Shown piece after piece: positions 9,056-16,639 of a stretch of DNA of 64,000 bases. A program made the position numbers and the translations under genes. The DNA comes from Candidatus Omnitrophota bacterium (GTDB lineage Bacteria; Omnitrophota; Gorgyraeia; Gygaellales; Profunditerraquicolaceae). The notes beneath the pieces were generated by a model. That model ran no database searches, was not told where the DNA came from, and was given only the letters and a program-made list of their open reading frames with translations. Position 1 is the stretch's first letter; every line of letters begins with the position of its first letter. The DNA lies in the NCBI GenBank assembly GCA_026387405.1, contig JAPLLV010000057.1, positions 1,503 to 65,502 on the forward strand, written 5' to 3'.

Positions 9056-10078
9056 ATGGTCATACCGTTTACTCGCCAGCTTTATATTCTCATCAAATCC
9101 GGGATCCCGCTTTTAAGAGCCCTCCAGGTTAATTCTGTTCAGCTGCCCAAAGGAAAATTCAAGGACGCCATCGATGGCGTTATCCAGGAGATCCAGGAAG
9201 GCAAAAATCTTTCCGAGGCCCTCTTGTCCAACAGGAAGTTCTTCTCCTTGTTCTATATCAATATGGTCAAGGCCGGAGAGGTCACCGGTAATTTGACCGC
9301 GGTACTCAAAGAACTTTCTGAGCATCTCGTCCAGCACGACCGCATACGCCAACAGGTGCGCGCTGCTTTTATGTACCCGATTTTTATCTTAGTCGTGGCG
9401 GTCATCATCTTGACGGTGCTTTTGATGTTCGTCCTGCCGATTTTCACCCGCATATTCGCGGACCTCGGAGGGACTCTTCCCCCGGCTACTTTATTTTTAA
9501 TCTGGCTGAGCAAGGTCACGATCCGCTGGGGGTGGTTGGTGTTTTTAATTGTTGGGTCGGCTGTTATGGGCTTAGTGATCCTAGTGCGCAAATCTCCCAG
9601 AGGCAGCTACGTGGTCAATGACCTGGTATGGAAGATCCCTCTTTTCGGCATGCTGGTAAAGACTATGGAGTTGGGCAGGTACTGTCGTACCCTGGGGACG
9701 CTATTATCTTCGGGGGTAACCCTGGTAAAGGCGCTGGAGGTTTTATTTGATACGACTGAATCTTCGGTCCTGCATAAGGCCATCGAAGACATCCGTTTCA
9801 ATATCGAACAGGGCAAAAGCCTTTCTGCGGCTATGGACGAGACAAAGGTTTTCCCCCTGACACTGGTGAGCTTGACCCAGATCGGAGAGGAGAGCGGCAA
9901 ACTCGCGGATATATTCGTTGAGGCGGCAAAGGACTACGAGGATGAAGTCGAGTATTCTATCAAAGGGCTGCTGTCGCTTCTTGAGCCGGCGCTGATATTG
10001 ATCATGGGGGCAATAGTCGGATTTATCGTGATCGCCCTATTTTTCCCGATCTTTACCATGAGCGTAATGGTGAAGTGA
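9056..10078 (+). CDS. pilC: type IV pilus / T2SS inner-membrane platform protein (GspF/PilC family)
   Basis: GspF-domain hallmarks (..NMVKAGEVTGNL.., ..TQIGEESGKLADIF..), three TM segments, 340 aa (short N-terminus). Confidence 0.8.
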   Translation: MVIPFTRQLYILIKSGIPLLRALQVNSVQLPKGKFKDAIDGVIQEIQEGKNLSEALLSNRKFFSLFYINMVKAGEVTGNLTAVLKELSEHLVQHDRIRQQVRAAFMYPIFILVVAVIILTVLLMFVLPIFTRIFADLGGTLPPATLFLIWLSKVTIRWGWLVFLIVGSAVMGLVILVRKSPRGSYVVNDLVWKIPLFGMLVKTMELGRYCRTLGTLLSSGVTLVKALEVLFDTTESSVLHKAIEDIRFNIEQGKSLSAAMDETKVFPLTLVSLTQIGEESGKLADIFVEAAKDYEDEVEYSIKGLLSLLEPALILIMGAIVGFIVIALFFPIFTMSVMVK

Positions 10079-10101
10079 GGCAGGAGCGTAATATTAATAT
10101 A

Positions 10102-10500
10102 ATGAAGAAGATACGGATCCCCGCGCTAAAATCTTTAGTGCGGGGTTTTACTTTAATAGAGATACTGATATCACTTTCTATCTTAGCTCTGGGGATCGTG
10201 ATTATGTTCAGCCTTTTTCCTTTATCTCTGCGTTCCCTGACCTATAGCCGGAAGCTCACCGAGGTTTATTTCCTGGCAGAGAAAAAGATGGAGGAGTATA
10301 AGTCCGTAGAAAATAAAACGACGATAGAAGCGGCGAGCGGCATTGACGGGGATTTACGCTGGAACGCAAATCCCAAAAGTTTGCAGCTTGGGGAGGGACT
10401 GGACGTGATTTATCTTGAGCTTGATATCAACTATGATTTTATGGGGCATGCTGAAAAGCAGAGGTTCGGCACCTACTTTTTTAAGGAGTGCAATTGTTAA
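10102..10500 (+). CDS. prepilin-type N-terminal cleavage/methylation domain pseudopilin
   Basis: MKKIRIPALKSLVRGFTLIEILISLSILALGIV: G|FTLIE class-III signal peptide motif; ATG at 10102 with upstream GGAGG-like RBS. Confidence 0.75.
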   Translation: MKKIRIPALKSLVRGFTLIEILISLSILALGIVIMFSLFPLSLRSLTYSRKLTEVYFLAEKKMEEYKSVENKTTIEAASGIDGDLRWNANPKSLQLGEGLDVIYLELDINYDFMGHAEKQRFGTYFFKECNC

Positions 10501-10859
10501 GGATGGGTAAGTCCGGTCAGGCTGTAGTGGTTGTCATAGCCATACTTTCGATTATTTTTATCGCGGGGATCGCATTTTATGTGCTCTCTCAGGCGGAGAG
10601 GACCGCGAGCATGCGGCACCTGGACAGCCTGCGCTCCAGATACATAGCTGAGGCAGGCGTGGTCTATGCCCAAAAAGTTTTGGAATTGGACAGAAAAGAA
10701 AATCTCATTGATTCAGCCAAGGACAGATGGTTTACAAATTTTGCCGGCAGCGATGTGGATATAGACGGCGATAATATCCCCGAGAGCCGCTGGATAGAGA
10801 TGCCCGACAGCGAAGGAAAGTCTTTTGGGCGTTTCCCGCCGCCCGTTGAACGCGATTGA
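10488..10859 (+). CDS. GspK/PilX-like minor pseudopilin, N-terminal portion (frame 3); probably the same gene as 10825-13179, interrupted by a frameshift
   Basis: N-terminal hydrophobic helix plus ...RHLDSLRSRYIAEAGVVYAQKVLEL... matches the GspK N-region. It stops at 10857-10859, while the adjacent frame-1 ORF has no ATG start. Confidence 0.55.
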   Translation: MQLLRMGKSGQAVVVVIAILSIIFIAGIAFYVLSQAERTASMRHLDSLRSRYIAEAGVVYAQKVLELDRKENLIDSAKDRWFTNFAGSDVDIDGDNIPESRWIEMPDSEGKSFGRFPPPVERD

Positions 10860-13179
10860 GCAGGTGGGAGCGGTCCTGGGGACAAAGGATTTTAACCTGG
10901 TCAAGGATTCTATCACCGTATATTCTAAAGACCCGGAAATAGACGTGAGCCGCAAAAGGAGGGTCTACTTAAACAGTTTATGGCCTCAAAAAGCCCTGGA
11001 ATCGTTTTTAATCAAGGGTGTCAAAGATGCATTTCAGAAAGCCGCGAACTTAAAAGACGCCATCGATACTGATCTAAGCCAAACGCAGCTGATAAAATTT
11101 TCTTTATCTAATCTTGGGCCGTCTGCTCTTGTCGAGGGAGGCGGATGGTCCAGGGTGGGGAACTATTATCAGGCCTTGCGGGGGACAGCGGAAGGTAAAT
11201 TCTCCTGGAGCGGGTTAGCGGTTGATGACGGGGAGTATTATTGTTTTTTCAATGCCCCGGATAACGAAGATACCGTGGGAGAGGTAATTGTCGATGATAG
11301 CGATACGGGCGCCTTGATCCTTTCCGGAGAAGGCCCGGGTAAAAAGGTTAAGGTATCCGGCGGGGCCTTTACCGTGCGCATCAGGCCTTCTAAAGACACG
11401 GATTGCCGGTTTTTGAATATTGAGCTGTCCGACATGATCCCGCGTAATGGCTTACAGAGAAAAGTGGTCAGCGGGACCGAGGCATTAGTGATCAATGAAC
11501 TAATGGTAAAGCTTGCAGCGGAATTTACGTCAGGGACAATTTCAATTACGCCGGGGCAGGATTATAAACATGTATTTTCCGGTGTAAGGGTGGGATCATT
11601 TCATTTACAAATAAAGGCAGGTACCGCCGGCGCGACAGTGGGCGATGTCACGGTAAACGGACAGACCGCAAGTAATATGCACGACGGAGATTATTTTCCG
11701 TCTGTGGTGCATGTGGATTGCGATGACCCAAAAAATAATACAGGGCCGCTAACGCTTGAGATAAGGAATAATTCTGTTTCGAACACCTCTTTCGGCGGCA
11801 TCAAGGTCCTGCAGGAACCCGACGCGGAATACGTCGAGATACTTAATCTTTCCGGAGACACTATTGATTTGAGCAATTTTGTCCTGGTAGTTTATAACAG
11901 TTCAGGGGATCTCGTGCCGGGGTGGCCTGCTACTATACCCAAGGGCGCCAAGATCGATCCCTACCAAGAGCTGGTGTTGGCGGTAGATAGTAATGACGGT
12001 TCTCCCGCTCCGGTTAATCTTAGGAGTAATGGGATCTCGTTTCAATCGGTATGGGGCACGACTGCCACAGGCCTTATCTTTGAAGAGCAGGGTATTATCG
12101 ATAAGCGTTTTGATGCGCTTCCCGATGCCGGAGGAATGGTTATGTTGTGCAACGCGCAGGGAGAGCGTATCGATGCGGTTAAATACGCGGCTCAGTCGCC
12201 CGGATTCACAAGCCTGGAACGCGGTGATCCCAGCGCCGCCGGTGATTCCGACGGCGACGGCCTGTTTGACTTATGGTATATCGGTTCGCAAAAAGAACTG
12301 CACGCTACGCCCGGGAGCGTGAATGAGAATGCCGGGACATACACCATTGATAAGACTACAGGCGAGGCGATTAAACATTATCCCACCGAGGTCAAGGTCT
12401 TTAACCATCCGCTTTCGAACCTTACCGACGTGTTGCAGTTATCATCCGGGCAGGCCTGGAAGAAATTTACTATTTCCGACCTGGCCCAGATGGTGGACCA
12501 TTTTGCCTATGAGGCGCTTAATTTCGATCTTGTCGGCCATTATAAAGAGGGAGATTTCCTGGAGCGCAGCGGGGCATTCGAATCGCGCCACCAGGGTGAA
12601 AGCGGAACTTGGGAGTTTACCGATATCGCGCGCGGAGATTATCTATTGACTATTCTCGGGGATGAGAGCACGCAGTTCTCGGGAAACGAGAAAGTGCAGG
12701 TTTCATTAAAGACCGGCAGCCAGCAGGACTTTACACCCGCCGCAACGATCTTCTTTACCACGCAGGGGATTATATTTTACGGCAAAATAGAATTCTTGAA
12801 AAACCCTTCGCAGCTGACTTTAAAGATTGTCAATAACACCGAAACAAGGATAGCTATAAAATCAATACAGCTTGAGCCGATTTATGTGACACCCGGCCGT
12901 ATCAATGTGAATACCGCCAGGGCCGAAGTCTTACGCGGCATCTTGGGATCGGATTCGCTGGTGCAGACGGTGATAAAAAACCGGCCTATCGGCGCTAAGG
13001 ATAGCAGGAAACTGGGGGTGGGGGACCTGTTTTTGCTGGATTCAAGTTTCCTGGCTTTTCACAACTACCTTACCGTAAAATCCGATGTCTATGAAATAAG
13101 ATGTCGGGGTGAATACCATCCCATAGATAAGATTTTGGCCACCCTGAATATCCGTTCTGTAGTAGAGCGGGGGGAATAG
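10825..13179 (+). CDS. GspK-like minor pseudopilin body with inserted lamin-tail domain (LTD) and C-terminal GspK helix-hairpin-helix region (frame 1)
   Basis: LTD signature ...PDAEYVEILNLSGDTIDLSNFVLVVYNSSGD... GspK-type C-terminus ...GRINVNTARAEVLRGILGSDSLVQTVIKNRPIG... Frame 1 is open from 10798, and the ORF has only a TTG/GTG start. Confidence 0.55.
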   Translation: MGVSRRPLNAIEQVGAVLGTKDFNLVKDSITVYSKDPEIDVSRKRRVYLNSLWPQKALESFLIKGVKDAFQKAANLKDAIDTDLSQTQLIKFSLSNLGPSALVEGGGWSRVGNYYQALRGTAEGKFSWSGLAVDDGEYYCFFNAPDNEDTVGEVIVDDSDTGALILSGEGPGKKVKVSGGAFTVRIRPSKDTDCRFLNIELSDMIPRNGLQRKVVSGTEALVINELMVKLAAEFTSGTISITPGQDYKHVFSGVRVGSFHLQIKAGTAGATVGDVTVNGQTASNMHDGDYFPSVVHVDCDDPKNNTGPLTLEIRNNSVSNTSFGGIKVLQEPDAEYVEILNLSGDTIDLSNFVLVVYNSSGDLVPGWPATIPKGAKIDPYQELVLAVDSNDGSPAPVNLRSNGISFQSVWGTTATGLIFEEQGIIDKRFDALPDAGGMVMLCNAQGERIDAVKYAAQSPGFTSLERGDPSAAGDSDGDGLFDLWYIGSQKELHATPGSVNENAGTYTIDKTTGEAIKHYPTEVKVFNHPLSNLTDVLQLSSGQAWKKFTISDLAQMVDHFAYEALNFDLVGHYKEGDFLERSGAFESRHQGESGTWEFTDIARGDYLLTILGDESTQFSGNEKVQVSLKTGSQQDFTPAATIFFTTQGIIFYGKIEFLKNPSQLTLKIVNNTETRIAIKSIQLEPIYVTPGRINVNTARAEVLRGILGSDSLVQTVIKNRPIGAKDSRKLGVGDLFLLDSSFLAFHNYLTVKSDVYEIRCRGEYHPIDKILATLNIRSVVERGE

Positions 13180-13390
13180 TAATTTCCATCCGATTCATAA
13201 CTCCTTGTAAATAAAGAAGTTTAGGTCCTCTTCAAACAAAGCCTACCATTTCTTCCGATGCATTTTTTATAGCATTAGCGTGTGCCGAATCATATTCTTC
13301 ACATCACCTGTTGCTTTTCGTTCGCGTCGGGACATTGTTCGCGCACGAATTTTTTCGCCGTGCACTACGGCTTATGGCTCGATTCTGAGT

Positions 13391-13432
13391 TCTAGACCCG
13401 CGGTGGAAAGATGCTTCCACCGCGGGTCTGGA
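13391..13432. repeat. REP-like palindromic hairpin (family CCAGACCCGCGGTGGA)
   Basis: tctagacccgcggtggaa / agatgc / ttccaccgcgggtctgga: inverted arms with one mismatch. Confidence 0.7.
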
Positions 13433-13440
13433 ACTGGTCC

Positions 13441-13555
13441 ATATTGTTCGAGCGAGCCCTGAGCGAAGCGAAGGGCGAGTCGAGAACAGGCTCTGTTACT
13501 TCTCGACTCCGGCCTCGCTTACGCTCGGCCTTCGCTCGAAGAATAAAAAAGCCGC
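13441..13555. repeat. interspersed repeat module (ttgttcgagcgag...gagtcgagaa...cttcgctcgaagaataaaa), related to copies at 49196-49290, 19966-20058 and 59931-60013
   Basis: Shares the CGCTCGAAC / TTCTTCGAGCG / TCGAGAAG sub-motifs with those loci. Confidence 0.4.
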
Positions 13556-13612
13556 CGAGTCCCTACCGGAATGACTGTTTCAAAGAAAGGAAAAACCCGC
13601 CGAAAAAAAAGC

Positions 13613-13641
13613 TTGACAAATCGTAAAAAAATACATAAGAT
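13613..13641 (+). promoter_or_regulatory. sigma70-like promoter (-35 TTGACA, 17-bp spacer, -10 TAAGAT) with downstream direct repeats
   Basis: TTGACA at 13613-13618 and TAAGAT at 13636-13641. Direct repeats TATCAAATA x2 and TTCAAAG x2 lie between the promoter and the ATG at 13703, forming a possible operator. Confidence 0.4.
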
Positions 13642-13702
13642 AGTGTCACTTCGTATCAAATATGTTCAAAGTATATCAAATAGGTTAAGAGAGGTTCAAA
13701 GC

Positions 13703-13924
13703 ATGCAAGACATTAACGATTATTTCCTAAAGGAGGTTGAGATGCAAAAGGCATACCTGTCTACACAGGAGGTCGCTAAGGTCCTGGGGATATCCAAGCA
13801 GACCCTCCTGCGCTACGAAAAGAGGAAGATCTTCCCTAAGCCGAAACGTAACCTCATCAACAAACGCAGGGAATATTCCATCCAGGATATCGAAAAGTTA
13901 AAGACGATCATAGGGAGGAGATAA
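13703..13924 (+). CDS. small helix-turn-helix DNA-binding protein (MerR/excisionase-like HTH)
   Basis: ...LSTQEVAKVLGISKQTLLRYEKRKIFPKP... is a classic HTH. ATG at 13703 is preceded by AGAGAGG. The track ORF starts further upstream at 13571. Confidence 0.6.
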   Translation: MQDINDYFLKEVEMQKAYLSTQEVAKVLGISKQTLLRYEKRKIFPKPKRNLINKRREYSIQDIEKLKTIIGRR

Positions 13925-13932
13925 TTACGCCG

Positions 13933-15453
13933 ATGGGATTCCTCCAGCAGAAGAGGATAATGAGCCTGGACATCGATGAGTCTTTCGTCGTGGCTAGAGA
14001 ATTGACAAAGAGAGGCGCTCGTATATCACTGGGGCGCCACAGCACCCTATCCAGCCTAAGCGAACTTATAAAAGACCCCTCGCTTAAGTTTAAAGATGAA
14101 GGCGTAGTCATTAACGCCCCGACCCAGATCGTATACTTTCGCAGCTTCGCTATTAACCCTGGGTTATCGAAATTATTGAAATTGAAAAACAGAAAGTCCC
14201 GGGAAAAAGAAATATCGACTTTTATTGCCCGGCAGAATCTTCCCATAAAATTAGAGGAGTGCTACTGGACCATATTCATTCTAAATGACAACTTGAATCT
14301 TGTCGCTGCCAGAAAAGAGATCATAGAGAGGCATATCGCAATAGTGGAAAACCTGGGATTGAGGGTAGTAGGGGTTATACCTTCGATCGTGTCGCTGTAC
14401 AATGTCTTTATATATAATTATCCAAAGAATAAGAACCGGTTTGCCCTTTTGAATATAAAGAGTTCCGCGAGCGATATGATCATCTATGAGGCCAGGCATT
14501 TATGGATATGCCCTATTTCTGTAGGGTCTCATACGCTAAGACAGGATGAATCTGCGGGGGAGAAATTCTCTCTGGAGATCCAGCGCACTCTCAATTCTTA
14601 CTATATACAGAATAACGCCAGGGAAAAGAGTATTCTTCCGTTTTACCTAAGCGGCCAGGATCTGTTTTCGAGCCTGGCATTCTCCCTGAAAAAGGCCCTG
14701 GGAGAGGTCGAGCTTATAGAATTCGAGCCTTTTAAAAATGTCGTCTTCCCGAAAGATTCCAAGGTTAACCGCCAGGTAAGCACCTTGAGCCTGGGGTTAG
14801 GCATTACGTATTTCCGGATGCCGCAAACGATAAATGTCAATCTCCTCCGGGAGAAGATGCTTAAGGCGCAGCATCTTAACCAGGTTAAATTATTTAAAAA
14901 GATATCCATACCGCTTATGATAATCAGTGTTTTGATCCTGGGGCTGGTGAATATCAACCTTATAAAAGATGTTAAGGATCAGATTTCATTATATAAGCAA
15001 AGTAATTTATATGTTTCTAAGATTTTGCCTGAATTGAAATTGCTAAAGTCTCAGAAGGATAAGTATCAGAAACCCCTGGATTTCCTGCGCGGCAGGCTCA
15101 ACCGCCAGATACTTTTCCTCAAGGCGCTGGCTGCTATTTCTGAAGGCAGGCCTAAGACCGCGGAGATAAGGGAATTTTCTGCCGAGGTGAAGGACGCAAA
15201 ATTGCAGGTCCTTCTTTCCGGTACCGGGCCGTCATACGCCGAGATCAACGAGTTCCTGAATAATATCAGGAAAAACGAAGAGATCAAAGAGACTAAGATC
15301 ATTGCTTCAAGCGCTGCGGGAGGCGAGAGTTCCGGAGGGCAGATTAATTTTAAATTACGTTTTGAAATGCCGGTTCCGGAACCAGTCTCGGTTAAGGCGC
15401 AGGCTGAGAATACCACAGCTGTCAAGAATGTGCAAGGAACGGCTAAGAAATGA
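13933..15453 (+). CDS. putative PilM/PilN-like fusion (cytoplasmic actin-like domain + TM + periplasmic coiled coil) of the pilus assembly platform
   Basis: 506 aa; a mid-protein TM segment (ISIPLMIISVLILGLVNINLI) is followed by a coiled coil, and the position between pilC and the secretin fits. The N-terminus is not a canonical PilM, so the assignment is tentative. Confidence 0.45.
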   Translation: MGFLQQKRIMSLDIDESFVVARELTKRGARISLGRHSTLSSLSELIKDPSLKFKDEGVVINAPTQIVYFRSFAINPGLSKLLKLKNRKSREKEISTFIARQNLPIKLEECYWTIFILNDNLNLVAARKEIIERHIAIVENLGLRVVGVIPSIVSLYNVFIYNYPKNKNRFALLNIKSSASDMIIYEARHLWICPISVGSHTLRQDESAGEKFSLEIQRTLNSYYIQNNAREKSILPFYLSGQDLFSSLAFSLKKALGEVELIEFEPFKNVVFPKDSKVNRQVSTLSLGLGITYFRMPQTINVNLLREKMLKAQHLNQVKLFKKISIPLMIISVLILGLVNINLIKDVKDQISLYKQSNLYVSKILPELKLLKSQKDKYQKPLDFLRGRLNRQILFLKALAAISEGRPKTAEIREFSAEVKDAKLQVLLSGTGPSYAEINEFLNNIRKNEEIKETKIIASSAAGGESSGGQINFKLRFEMPVPEPVSVKAQAENTTAVKNVQGTAKK

Positions 15454-15529
15454 ACCCCGCACCTTCTAAGGCATTCATCGGAGGGCTCGGAGGGATGAGT
15501 AAACTGCTGAATAAAAAAGAAGGTGCGGG

Positions 15530-16639
15530 GTGAAAGTTAAGGACGTAAGGCAGACGTTGATCATGGGGCTGGGGACGCTGAACATAGTCCTGCTGGTTGC
15601 GGCGATTTTTTTGGCCGTTCAGATAGGTCTTATGAAGAATAATATTATTAGGAATGACGAGGTTTTAAAGCAGACGTATCCCGGTTTTAATCCCCGGATT
15701 ATTCCGCAGCTAAGAGGGGAGATCGATTATGTCAAGGCAGAGCTGTCCGAGGCGTGTGATTTGTTTGACCCTCAGGATAATTCGCTGCGCAAAGATTATG
15801 ATCTGAGCATCTATTTTGTGGAAGAGCTGAGTAAGGCCAATCGGGCATTAAAGCAAAAGGCCTCTGACAAGCAGCTTAATTTCAGCGAGTTGAATTTCAA
15901 GGAAAAAGTGCCTTCCGATAGGGAGGCTTCTTCCATGATCAATCAATTGCACGGTTTAGAAAAGGCGGTGGACTTAGGGCTTGATTACGGAGTAAATTTT
16001 AAGTCTGTTGAACCGGGTGTAACGGAGAACCTGGATGCGATACCCGGGATAAGGCAGCAGAAGAGCCAGATGAAGATAATGTGTCCCGGCTCTTCCATAA
16101 TGGATTTTATCACCGGAGTAAACCAGGCGGCGCCGTATCTTTCTTTTGATTCGTTTATTTTTTCACTCAAAGGAAGTTATTTCGAAGCGGATCTAAATGT
16201 CGGCCATACTATTTGCGACCGCAAGGCCTTGGACATCGCGCAACCCGCAGAACAACCTAAAAATAAGACGTCTTCTCCCAGCCAGGCGATGAAAGAGCTT
16301 AATGCGAAACAAGAAGACCTGGCTAGGATATTGAAGATCAATAATCCTTTTATGCATGAGGGAGAGCAGAAGAATGAGTCTAAAGAGCAGCCGCAGCCTT
16401 CCGCGCAGCAAAAGAAAGAGAAAACGGATGAAGAGCGTTTTTTCTATCACGGCAAGGCGATATTAAGGTCTAAAGAAGTTGCGGTAATAGAAGATACGGA
16501 AAATCAGGAGACCATTTTTGTCGCGCGGGGAGATAATGTCGGAAATTTTACCCTGAAGGATTTTTCTGAAGATCAGGCGGTGTTAGGGGCATCCAGTCCC
16601 GGCGCTAAGGATGTAGTTATAAAACGGGCAGAAGAATGA
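15530..16639 (+). CDS. membrane-anchored protein in the PilO/PilP position of the pilus cluster (hypothetical)
   Basis: N-terminal TM (LGTLNIVLLVAAIFLAVQIGL), 369 aa, Ser/Lys/Glu-rich C-terminus; located between the PilM/N-like gene and the secretin. Confidence 0.35.
   Translation: MKVKDVRQTLIMGLGTLNIVLLVAAIFLAVQIGLMKNNIIRNDEVLKQTYPGFNPRIIPQLRGEIDYVKAELSEACDLFDPQDNSLRKDYDLSIYFVEELSKANRALKQKASDKQLNFSELNFKEKVPSDREASSMINQLHGLEKAVDLGLDYGVNFKSVEPGVTENLDAIPGIRQQKSQMKIMCPGSSIMDFITGVNQAAPYLSFDSFIFSLKGSYFEADLNVGHTICDRKALDIAQPAEQPKNKTSSPSQAMKELNAKQEDLARILKINNPFMHEGEQKNESKEQPQPSAQQKKEKTDEERFFYHGKAILRSKEVAVIEDTENQETIFVARGDNVGNFTLKDFSEDQAVLGASSPGAKDVVIKRAEE

Noticed and set aside
13280-13626. Two overlapping + strand ORFs (60 and 71 aa) in the 13.2-13.6k intergenic region
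   Set aside because: They run through the REP hairpin and the repeat module, are Arg/Ser-rich with no RBS, and overlap each other. The region is better explained as repeats plus the promoter of the HTH gene.
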